Shown: positions 1-8,078 of the stretch, one piece after another | How positions within the stretch are numbered: the first letter of the stretch is position 1 | How the letters are laid out: each line of letters begins with the position of its first letter | NCBI GenBank assembly: GCA_965223845.1 | Contig: CBDCXR010000004.1 | Location: forward strand, 6,912,001 to 6,976,000 | Origin: Planctomycetota bacterium | Lineage (GTDB): Bacteria > Planctomycetota > UBA8108 > SXIK01 | DNA: 64,000 nt | Direction: 5' to 3' | Translations under genes and position numbers: made by a program | The notes under the pieces: generated by a model | What the model saw: only the letters and a program-made list of their open reading frames with translations | What the model was told of the DNA's origin: nothing | Database searches by the model: none

Positions 1-1592
1 TTGCGCGTTACCAGGACGAGCTCCGTGCGGGGAGCGACGTCGAGGGAGCGATCGTTCGATCGCTCTCGACGACCGGCGCGGGAATCTTCACCGGCGGGGT
101 GACGACGGCCGGCGCGTTCTACACGGCGGTGCTCGTCGAGTTCAAAGGCCTCCGCGAGCTCGGCTTCGTCGCGGGGACGGGGGTCTTGATCTGCCTGGGC
201 ACCATGCTCGTTCTCCTGCCGGCGCTGATCGCGGCGACCGACCGCCGCCGCGCGCAGCGCCGCCGGCTCGAACCGGCGCGTCGGATCCGCGTCCCCGGGC
301 TCGTCGCGCTCCTCCGGTTTCGCTGGGGCGTGCTCGCAGTGCTCGCGCTCTTTACCGGTGTGGGAGCCTATTGGTTTCCCGGTGTCGCGTTCAACTTCAA
401 CTTGCTCGAGCTGCAGGCAGAGGGACTCGAGTCCGTGCGCTACGAGCTCCTCGTCGCGGAGAAGTCGAGTGCGTCGACGTGGCAGGCGGTCTACGTGGTC
501 GACAGCCTCGAGGAGGTCGACGACGTGATCGCGAAGCTAGGAGACGGCCGCGCGGCCGGCGTGATCGGCGCGGTCGAAAGCGTCCGCGATTCCGTCGCGC
601 GCGACCAGCCGGAGCGACGCGCCATCCTCGCGCCCGCGGCTCAGCTCGTCGAGTCTCTCCCCGAAGCCGAGCGGGCTCCCTTCGACCGGGAACTCCTCGC
701 CGAAGCGCTCGAGGCGCTCCTCGACCGACTCGACACCGGCCAGAGTCAACTCGCCCTCAGCACGGAGCCGGGCCGAGAGGAGAAGATCGCGACGCTCGAC
801 CGCTGGATCGGCGATCTCGAGTCGGTGATCGACGGACTCGAGAACGAGGAGACGCTCGCTCGCGTGCGCGCGTACGAGGAGTCGTGGCTGAACGAAGTCG
901 CCGAGCTTCGTCGCAGCGCCGTCCGCATCCTTCGTCCGCCCGAGCTCCGGCCGGACGACCTGCCGGCGGTCGTCCGCGATCGCTTCGTGTCGGAGTCGGG
1001 AAAGTTCGTCGTGTTCGCGTCGCCTCAGAAGGACATCTGGCGCGAAGACAATATGCTCGAGTTCGTTCAAGTTACCCGCGCGGTTCGCCCGGGCGTGACG
1101 GGAACACCGATCGAGGTCTACGAATCGACGAAGATCATGCGCGACGATTTCATTCGGGCCGCACTCTACTCGGCCGCGCTCGTCTTCGCGTTTCTTCTGT
1201 TCGATTTTCGTCACGTGGGCCACGCGCTGCTCGCGATGGTGCCGGTGGTGGTCGGGCTCGTCTGGCTCCTCGAGCTCATGCCGCACTTCGGTCTGTCGTT
1301 GAATCTCGCGAACTTTTTCGCGCTCCCCATCCTCATCGGCTGCGGCGTCGACGGCGGCGTGCACATGGTGCACCGCTACCGTGAGGCACCGGATCCTCGG
1401 GAAGTCGCGCGAACGGCGGCTTCCGCCGTCACGCTTTCCTTCATCACGACGATCGCGGGATTCGGCGCGCTTTCGATCGCGAGTCACCGCGGCGTCTCGA
1501 GCCTTGGTCTCGTGATGGCGCTCGGTTGCATCACCGTGCTCGTCGCAACCGTCGTGCTTCTTCCGGCGCTTCTCCCTTCGCGCCGTGCGTAG
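1..1592 (+). CDS. RND/MMPL-family lipid transporter (HpnN/BstA-like), 5' end outside the window
   Basis: The frame is open from position 3 (ARYQDELRAG...TGAGIFTGGVTTAGAF). It has many TM helices, a large periplasmic loop, the MMPL motif PILIGCGVDGGVHMVHRYRE, the HpnN-like FNFNLLELQAEGLESV and VTGTPIEVYES, and lies near shc. Confidence 0.85.
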   Translation, partial: ARYQDELRAGSDVEGAIVRSLSTTGAGIFTGGVTTAGAFYTAVLVEFKGLRELGFVAGTGVLICLGTMLVLLPALIAATDRRRAQRRRLEPARRIRVPGLVALLRFRWGVLAVLALFTGVGAYWFPGVAFNFNLLELQAEGLESVRYELLVAEKSSASTWQAVYVVDSLEEVDDVIAKLGDGRAAGVIGAVESVRDSVARDQPERRAILAPAAQLVESLPEAERAPFDRELLAEALEALLDRLDTGQSQLALSTEPGREEKIATLDRWIGDLESVIDGLENEETLARVRAYEESWLNEVAELRRSAVRILRPPELRPDDLPAVVRDRFVSESGKFVVFASPQKDIWREDNMLEFVQVTRAVRPGVTGTPIEVYESTKIMRDDFIRAALYSAALVFAFLLFDFRHVGHALLAMVPVVVGLVWLLELMPHFGLSLNLANFFALPILIGCGVDGGVHMVHRYREAPDPREVARTAASAVTLSFITTIAGFGALSIASHRGVSSLGLVMALGCITVLVATVVLLPALLPSRRA

Positions 1593-1793
1593 TGCGATTG
1601 GACGCCGCCGACCGACGCTCGGTGTGCGGCGGAATTCGCGCGTCTCTCTTCGTCGCTCTCCTCGCTCCCCGAGCGATCGGACGCGGGAGATCGTGACAAG
1701 ACCGGGGTGGGAAGAGGAACGGAGATGGAGCGCGCTCGAGGTAGACTGAGAGTTCCTTAGTTCCCCGCCGTCGACCCCGCCGAGAGGAGAGCT

Positions 1794-2915
1794 GTGTTGT
1801 CCCTGCGATCTCGTCGTCCCGCGGAAGGCTGCTTAGCCTCGCTCTCGTCTCGTCTCGCCGCGCCGATCCTCGCGCTAGCTTGTCTCTCGCCCTGGGCGGC
1901 CGCGCAAGACGAGAACGGTGACGCCAGCGCCTCCGCCTCGATCGACTCGCCGAACTGGGTCGTCGTTCAACCCGGCTACCCGGGTTCCACCGAAGAGGCC
2001 GCCGGCTTCATGGAGACGTTTTCCGAGTTCGTCGGAACCGCGGCCGAGCTTCCGCGCCTCCGGGGGAGCTATTACAACGTGCCGAAGCTCGCGCGCGAGG
2101 CGATCCGCCGCGGCGGGCCGGCCTTCGGCATCGTGAGCCTCGGGTTCTACCTCGAACGGCGTCGCGAGCTCGGGCTCACCGCTCTCCTCGAGGCCGAACC
2201 CGCAGATCGATTCTTCGCCGTGGCACCGGAGGGGGCGGTACCGAAGCCGGCAGAGCTCGCCGGCGCTGCGGTCGCGGGCGGACCGCTCTACGAGCCGCTC
2301 TTTCTCGAGCGCGTCGCGTTCGCCGAGAAGCTTCCGGTCGCCGAGTGGCGCGGCGAGCCGGTGCTTCGTACGACTCGCGCGCTCCGTCGACTCGTTCGCG
2401 GGCGGTACCGCGCCGTCGTCTTGACGGGACGTGAGCTCAGCGCGCTCCGCGGGGTCTACCGGGGGAAAAAACTGGAGAACATCGCGGTGTCGGACTACTA
2501 TCCACCCGCTTTGCTCGTTGTTTTCGGAACTTCCGCGCGACCGCCGGACGACGAGAACGCGCGCAAGAGCGGGCTCGGCGACGAGCCGGAGCCCGCGAGT
2601 GGAGAGACGGAGAATCGAGCGGGCGGTGGGAACGTGAAGAGCGGAGGCGCCGCAGCGAGCGGAGCATCCGAGAGGAGCACGACAGCCGATCCGGACGGGG
2701 ACGGCGGAGGCGGGACGCCTGCTGCGCGTTCGTCCGCGGAGAGGTTGTCGAAAGAGGAGACCGAGCGGGTCCGCGCGGCCTTTGCGGGCATGGCCGACGA
2801 TCCACGCGGTAGGGAGTTACTCCAGAAGATGGGAGCGCGCGGCTTTCGTCCGGTGCGCGCGGAGTGGCTGAAGTCCACGGAGAGGACCTTCGATGCCTAC
2901 GAGAAAAAGAAGTGA
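1794..2915 (+). CDS. Periplasmic substrate-binding protein, PhnD/phosphonate-binding-like fold (BstB-like)
   Basis: GAGGAG SD precedes the GTG start. It has a signal peptide (LALACLSPWAAA-Q), an N-terminal VVQPGYPGSTEEA...YY...AFGIVSLGFYL segment, and a C-terminal RVRAAFAGMADDPRGRELLQKMGARGF segment typical of PhnD-like SBPs. A ~70-aa disordered insert is present. Confidence 0.65.
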   Translation: MLSLRSRRPAEGCLASLSSRLAAPILALACLSPWAAAQDENGDASASASIDSPNWVVVQPGYPGSTEEAAGFMETFSEFVGTAAELPRLRGSYYNVPKLAREAIRRGGPAFGIVSLGFYLERRRELGLTALLEAEPADRFFAVAPEGAVPKPAELAGAAVAGGPLYEPLFLERVAFAEKLPVAEWRGEPVLRTTRALRRLVRGRYRAVVLTGRELSALRGVYRGKKLENIAVSDYYPPALLVVFGTSARPPDDENARKSGLGDEPEPASGETENRAGGGNVKSGGAAASGASERSTTADPDGDGGGGTPAARSSAERLSKEETERVRAAFAGMADDPRGRELLQKMGARGFRPVRAEWLKSTERTFDAYEKKK

Positions 2916-3735
2916 CGGGATCTGGGTGTGCGTTGCGGCGGGGTGGATGGTGTTGAGCGGTTGCCAGTTCGTCCAGGACGTCGCGCCGCCGATCGAGGAG
3001 GTCCTCGATCCCGGCCGACTCCAGTACGAGCAGACGGCGCTCGCGGGAACGAGCCTCGAGCGGCGCATGGAGGAGATCGAGCGGTCCTACGCCGAGCCAC
3101 GCAGCCCGGAGAAGGTCGAGTACTCGCTCGAGACGTGCAGCTTCTCGATCTCGCCGGAGAACGACTATGCGGCGCTCCACTGTGGCGCTCGCGCCTGTGT
3201 GTGGCTCGCGGAGAACGCGACGTCACGCGCGGCAAAGGAGCGTTGGGCGCTGAAGGGCGTCTCCTGGGGGAAGGCTGCCGTCGACAAAGCTCAGACGCAG
3301 GCCGAATCGTACTACTACTTGGGTCGGAGTCTCGCGCTCCTCCTCGAAGCGCGCGGAATGAACTCGAAGCGAAACGTCCGGGACGCGCGCGGTCACCTCA
3401 GCATGGCGCGGAACCTCAAGCCCGACCTCGACCACTGCGGGCCGGATCGGTATCTCGGTCGACTCATCATCCGGACGCGGGAGTACCCGACGCTCCAGGC
3501 CGGATCCGTCGCGGAAGGCATCAACCGGCTCGAGCGCGCGGCGCGGGAGTGCCCGACCTACGGGGAGAATCTCGTCGACCTCGCGGAGGGTTTGATCGCG
3601 ATCGAGGACTTCGAGCGGGCGCACCAGGTTCTCGATGCGCTGCAGGAGCTTCCGAGCCCTCCCGGGCATACGGCGGATCACCAGGCTTGGCTCGTCCGGG
3701 CATCCGAGCTGCGGATCGAGCTCCCGGGTTTGTGA
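2893..3735 (+). CDS. TPR lipoprotein resembling the TRAP-T/TatT component family (BstC-like)
   Basis: Lipobox VLSG-C, TPR-like helices (AESYYYLGRSLALL; GINRLERAARECPTYGENLVDLAE) and the TatT-like PDLDHCGPDRYLG motif. It overlaps the upstream stop, which suggests translational coupling. Confidence 0.65.
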   Translation: MPTRKRSDGIWVCVAAGWMVLSGCQFVQDVAPPIEEVLDPGRLQYEQTALAGTSLERRMEEIERSYAEPRSPEKVEYSLETCSFSISPENDYAALHCGARACVWLAENATSRAAKERWALKGVSWGKAAVDKAQTQAESYYYLGRSLALLLEARGMNSKRNVRDARGHLSMARNLKPDLDHCGPDRYLGRLIIRTREYPTLQAGSVAEGINRLERAARECPTYGENLVDLAEGLIAIEDFERAHQVLDALQELPSPPGHTADHQAWLVRASELRIELPGL

Positions 3736-3843
3736 TCTCTTCGCCGCCGTTCCCGATCAGCTTCACCTCGAGATCGCGTACTTGATCGAGGAGCCGTTCG
3801 ACGGCGAGCGTAGGTCTTCGCGTTCTCCCAAGAGGGAGTCCGC

Positions 3844-3976
3844 CACGAAGGACAGAAAGGAAGACGAGGGACTCTGAGCGTAGCTCCAGGCGGCGAGATC
3901 GATCTTCTATCTCGAGCTCTCTACCTCAATTCCCCTCGTCTTCCTTTTCCTGCGTGTCCTTCGCGCTCTTCGTGTG
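3844..3976. repeat. Inverted-repeat REP/MITE-like element (CACGAAG family), copy 1
   Basis: AAAGGAAGACGAGGG (3856-3870) is the reverse complement of CCCTCGTCTTCCTTT (3933-3947). CCTTCGCGCTCTTCGTGTG (3958-3976) is identical to 24233-24251. It lies between convergent genes. Confidence 0.6.
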
Positions 3977-4513
3977 CATCTCTTCATCCGAAAGCGCCGC
4001 CCCCACCTCGACCGCACTCGCGAGAACCCGGTCCGCGTGATCGAATAGCCGATCGACAGTCTCGAGCGCCTCGAGGCCCTCGCGCGAACAAATCGCGCGG
4101 AGCGAACGGATGCGCCGGAGATCGAACCAGCGGCGGCCGATCGCGATCGCGATGAAGATCACGGCGCCGGTCGCCACGCTCGCGGTGAGCCACGTCGCTG
4201 CCGACACCGTAGCCGGGTCGATCACGACCGGGCGGCCCCACGTGATCGCGATCGCGAGTGCCGCTGCGAGAGCGATCCCCATTCCGAGGACTTCCCGCAC
4301 CGTGAGCGCGTGGGCGTCGGCGAGTCGCCGCTCGAACACCTCGAGTCCACGATCGATGCGAACTCGGATCGCGTCGACCTGATCCGTGACCGCGAGATCG
4401 ACGCTTCGTCGGTCGAGGTAGCGAGTGAGATCCGGCGCCAGCATCGCTCGCCGCGCCGCTCGGCCGAGCAGCGGACGCGGAGTCGTCGGACGCGATTCGC
4501 TTTCGTCGTTCAC
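3926..4513 (-). CDS. Hypothetical membrane protein (2 TM helices), downstream of shc and the hpnG-like gene
   Basis: Two hydrophobic segments (VLGMGIALAAALAIAITW; WLTASVATGAVIFIAIAIG). The start is uncertain: GTG 4513 or ATG 4444. The 4654 start in the track overlaps the upstream gene. Confidence 0.55.
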   Translation of the reverse strand: MNDESESRPTTPRPLLGRAARRAMLAPDLTRYLDRRSVDLAVTDQVDAIRVRIDRGLEVFERRLADAHALTVREVLGMGIALAAALAIAITWGRPVVIDPATVSAATWLTASVATGAVIFIAIAIGRRWFDLRRIRSLRAICSREGLEALETVDRLFDHADRVLASAVEVGAALSDEEMHTKSAKDTQEKEDEGN

Positions 4514-4586
4514 GAGCGAAGCGGTTCCTCGATGGACGGACTCGCCGAGGGCGAGGAGTTCGCCGCCGTCGGTCGATCGACGGGCA

Positions 4587-5384
4587 CTACGAGACGAGCG
4601 TCCGGACGAGCTCGGGAACGGTCGCGCCGAGCACGGCGGCCGCCCGCTGGGCACGGCGCGCGAGCGCCGCGATGGATCGCCATCGTTCGGGCCGCGCTCC
4701 GACCTCGACCATCGCTTGAATGGGCCGTGGTCGTCCTTCAGCGGTGAGGATCTTACCGAAATCGACCGGCAACTCGAAATCGCTTTCGTCGAGGATCACG
4801 CGCGCGCACACGGTCGGAACGGAGGCCGCCGTCATCGCCGCGAGAAGCGCGGCGGACTCCATCTCGACCGCGTCGCCACCGAACGAGCGATGGAGCGTGG
4901 CCTTCTCCGCGACGTCGTTGACGACCGAGTCGGTCGAGAGCAGACGACCGTAGCGAGCGACTCCGCGCCCGACTAGCTCGTCGAGGAGCTCGCGGTGGTG
5001 AGCCGAGAGCTCCCAATTTTCGCCTGCGAATCGGAGTGGACCGCGCTCCGACGTACGCGTTGCGAGTGCCGTGGTCGTCTCCGCGATGATGACGTCCTCG
5101 CAGCGCCAAGCCGGAGACAGTCCGCCGGCGAAGCCGGTAGCGAGTGCGACGCGCGGCCGAAACTGAGCGAGAAAGAGGGAGGCGCGCTGGCCGGCGAGTT
5201 CGCCGCCGATTCCCGTCCGGCAGAGAGCGACGCGCGCACCGGCGAGCTCACCGATCGTGTACTTCAGGCCGTCGCGCTTGTGAGAGCTCCGGCGTGCGAG
5301 GGCCGGGACGAGCGGTCGAAGTTCCTCGCGAAGAGCAACGAAGACGACGCAGTCGACGCGGTCCGCCGCGTTCGTGCTCGTCAT
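4587..5384 (-). CDS. hpnG: Nucleoside phosphorylase/MTA-SAH nucleosidase family protein, HpnG-like (adenosylhopane nucleosidase)
   Basis: Motifs VFVALREE, RTGIGG, TGFAGGL, AVEMESAA and RVILD. It begins 12 bp after the shc stop, the usual shc-hpnG synteny. Confidence 0.75.
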   Translation of the reverse strand: MTSTNAADRVDCVVFVALREELRPLVPALARRSSHKRDGLKYTIGELAGARVALCRTGIGGELAGQRASLFLAQFRPRVALATGFAGGLSPAWRCEDVIIAETTTALATRTSERGPLRFAGENWELSAHHRELLDELVGRGVARYGRLLSTDSVVNDVAEKATLHRSFGGDAVEMESAALLAAMTAASVPTVCARVILDESDFELPVDFGKILTAEGRPRPIQAMVEVGARPERWRSIAALARRAQRAAAVLGATVPELVRTLVS

Positions 5385-5396
5385 CGCGCGTCGCCG

Positions 5397-7616
5397 TTAC
5401 GGGGCGGGGCTACGAGCCGCACGACGCTTCGGGAGCGCAACGGTCTTCCCTGGGACGCCGCGAAACGTCTTTCCGGTGCACGCGTTTTTGTAGTACCCGA
5501 GCGCGAAGAGGGGAAACGTCACTCGGTAGTAGTGGTACCGAAGGTAGTAGACGTCCGGAAACCCGGTGCCGGTGAAGTGAGGCTCGTCCCAGGTTCCGTC
5601 CTCATTCTGCGAATCGAGGAGAAAGGCGATGCCGCGCTCGACCTCTGGCGATTCGATCTCGCCGGCCGCGATGAGGCCCATGACGGCCCACGCGGTCTGG
5701 GATGCGGTCGGTTCTCCCTTCCCCTTGAGCGCTGCATCCTTGTAGGAGTCGCAGGATTCACCCCAGCCGCCACTCGGCTGCTGCGTCGATTTCAGCCAGG
5801 ACACCGCGCGCCGGATCGGCGCGGATTTCGGATCGGTCCCGACCGCCATGAGACCCTTCAGCGTCTGCCACGTGCCGTAGACGTAATTGACTCCCCACCG
5901 CGCGTACCACGAGCCATCGTCTTCCTGCTCCTCGAGTAGAAAGGTCACGCCGCGCTCGATCGACGTCCGAACCTCGGGTTCGTCGTGGAGGTGTGGGAAG
6001 CGCCCGAGCATCTCGAGGACGCGACCGGTGATGTCGGCACAGGCCGGATCGAGCATCGCGTTGTGGTCGGCGTAGGGGACGTGATTGAACACTTGATGGT
6101 CGATGTCCGCATCGAACGCGGCCCAGCCGCCGTTCGTGCACTGCATGCGGACGACCCAGTGTACGGCGCGCGAGATCGTCTCGCCGAGCCCGTCGACGGC
6201 GCGAGGATCGCACCGATCGAGCGCGAGAACGACGGCGGCGGTGTCGTCGATATCGGGATAGAACTCGTTCCGAAACTGAAACGGCCAACCGCTTGTCTCC
6301 GCGTCGCGAACGCGGAGCTGCCAATCGCCGGGCTTGCGAACTTCCTTCGTGAGGAGCCAGCGCGTCGCTTCGGCAACTTCGGGCGCGGATGGCGAGCAGC
6401 CCGCTTCGACGAGCGCGTTCAAGATCAACGCCGTGTCCCAAACCGGCGAGAGACACGGCTGGAGACGCGTCGCGCCGTCTTCCTCGACTTCGAGCTCGCG
6501 CACCTTCTCGAGGTTCTTCACGATCGCGGGGTGGTCGACGTCGTGCCCGAGCGACTGGAGCGCTAGCACGCTGTTGACCATCGACGGGAAGATTCCCCCG
6601 AGGCCGTCGGAGTCCTCGGATCGCTTGACGACCCAGTCCTCGGCCTTCTTGAGTGCGATGCTGCGGAGCGGCTTGAGCGGAGTCTTCTCGATGAGTCGCA
6701 GGATGCGGTCGGTGAGCGTAAAGAAGTTGCGCCACGAGAGAAGATTGGGATCGAGCTGGAAGCGCCCGCGGATGCCGTTCCCGCGTTTCTTCCCGTTGCC
6801 GTTGCCGTTCCCGTTTCGTTTTCCGTTCGCTGGGCTCTTCGACGCGGGCTCGTTCTCGTCCCCGCCGCGGAAGATCTCCTCGAGCGTGATCTCTGGATGC
6901 ACCTTCCCTTGCGGCTTCTTCGCGTAGAGGATCGAGAGCGGAATGAGAATCGCGCGCGACCAATACGAAATCTCGTACACGTTGAAGTAGAAGAAGCGCG
7001 GGAGGAGGATGATCTCGGGGGGGATGGCGGGAATCTCGTCCCAATCGAATTGATTGAGGAACGAGAGGTAGATCTTTGTGTAGCTATTCGCCTGCTCGAC
7101 TCCGCCCATCCCGAGGATGGCCTCGCGCGCTCGCAGGAGGCGCTCGTCGTCCGGGGAGAACCCGGCGAGCTTGAGCGCGAAGTATGCCTTCACCGACGCG
7201 CTGATTTCGTCCGGTCCGCCGTGGTAGAGATTCCACCCGCCCGACGGGCTCTGTTCGCGCAGGATGTGCCGAGCGAGACTCTGAATCTTCTCGTGGTGAG
7301 CATCCGCGTCGAGGAAGGAGAGAAAGAGGATGTAGTCCGAACCGACGGTCGTGTCTCCCTCGAGCTCCCCGATCCAGTAGCCCCCCTCGTTCGGCCGAAC
7401 GCGAGTTCGCCCCTCCGCCACCTCGATCGCCGAGGGCCAACGGAGCTGCGACGGGTGGTAGGTGTCACCCGGGACGAACGCCGCGCGGAAAAACCGCAGA
7501 GTCCGATCGATCGCGCCGTCGACGCGCGCGAGATCGCGGCGCGCGACCGCCTGCGGACTCCGCTCGGACTCGGCGAGATCAGCGTTCGACAAGTTCTGCG
7601 ACAATGGAGGGCTCAA
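5397..7616 (-). CDS. shc: Squalene-hopene cyclase
   Basis: Catalytic DXDD motif (YPDIDDTA), which distinguishes SHC from oxidosqualene cyclase (DCTA). QW repeats (QSPSGGW, QCTNGGW, QEDDGSW, QQPSGGW, QNEDGTW), SPVWDTA, ASQTAW, GTGFP. Confidence 0.96.
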   Translation of the reverse strand: MSPPLSQNLSNADLAESERSPQAVARRDLARVDGAIDRTLRFFRAAFVPGDTYHPSQLRWPSAIEVAEGRTRVRPNEGGYWIGELEGDTTVGSDYILFLSFLDADAHHEKIQSLARHILREQSPSGGWNLYHGGPDEISASVKAYFALKLAGFSPDDERLLRAREAILGMGGVEQANSYTKIYLSFLNQFDWDEIPAIPPEIILLPRFFYFNVYEISYWSRAILIPLSILYAKKPQGKVHPEITLEEIFRGGDENEPASKSPANGKRNGNGNGNGKKRGNGIRGRFQLDPNLLSWRNFFTLTDRILRLIEKTPLKPLRSIALKKAEDWVVKRSEDSDGLGGIFPSMVNSVLALQSLGHDVDHPAIVKNLEKVRELEVEEDGATRLQPCLSPVWDTALILNALVEAGCSPSAPEVAEATRWLLTKEVRKPGDWQLRVRDAETSGWPFQFRNEFYPDIDDTAAVVLALDRCDPRAVDGLGETISRAVHWVVRMQCTNGGWAAFDADIDHQVFNHVPYADHNAMLDPACADITGRVLEMLGRFPHLHDEPEVRTSIERGVTFLLEEQEDDGSWYARWGVNYVYGTWQTLKGLMAVGTDPKSAPIRRAVSWLKSTQQPSGGWGESCDSYKDAALKGKGEPTASQTAWAVMGLIAAGEIESPEVERGIAFLLDSQNEDGTWDEPHFTGTGFPDVYYLRYHYYRVTFPLFALGYYKNACTGKTFRGVPGKTVALPKRRAARSPAP

Positions 7617-8078
7617 CGAGAGTGTTTCGCTCGGTTCTCGCAGCGCGCGAGTTCACTGGAGCACTGCCGGTGCGTGGGTATGCGGATGCGGCGATCTTTG
7701 ATAGTCTCGGACTCGCGAGCCGTTCCGAACCAGCGGGCGGGCACCGCCCCCGACTTCGCCGCGTCCGTACGTGAGTGACGATCGGACTTCCGATGGTATC
7801 GGCTGGCGAAGCGTGAATCGCTCGCGCGGACCCGGGATCCCATCGCGTCAGGTCGCAACCGATCGTCCCAACCGACGTATCGCCGCGCCCGCGGCGTCGA
7901 TGCTGATCGAACCACCGCAGTGCCCGCCGCGAGATACGCTCGTTGCAGTTACGAACGTCACGAATACGAAGCTGTGCGAATCAGACCGGGTCGATTCGGG
8001 CGGTATCTTTACGGGCCGTGCTCTCTAACGAGACGTGCTTCGCGGTCGGCTCTACAAACGAACGCGACCCCTTCTGAG

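Noticed and set aside
1794-2915. Phosphonate ABC transporter (phnD)
   Set aside because: No phnC or phnE is adjacent. The context is an RND transporter plus a TPR lipoprotein.
5397-7616. Oxidosqualene cyclase / sterol synthesis, suggested by the Bst-like neighbours
   Set aside because: The active-site motif is DIDD (SHC), not DCTA. An hpnG-like gene follows and no squalene epoxidase is in the window.
7950-7980. Clustered CGAA motifs as an operator between shc and the GH31-like gene
   Set aside because: Spacing is irregular (9, 6, 10 bp) and the motif is too short to distinguish from chance.
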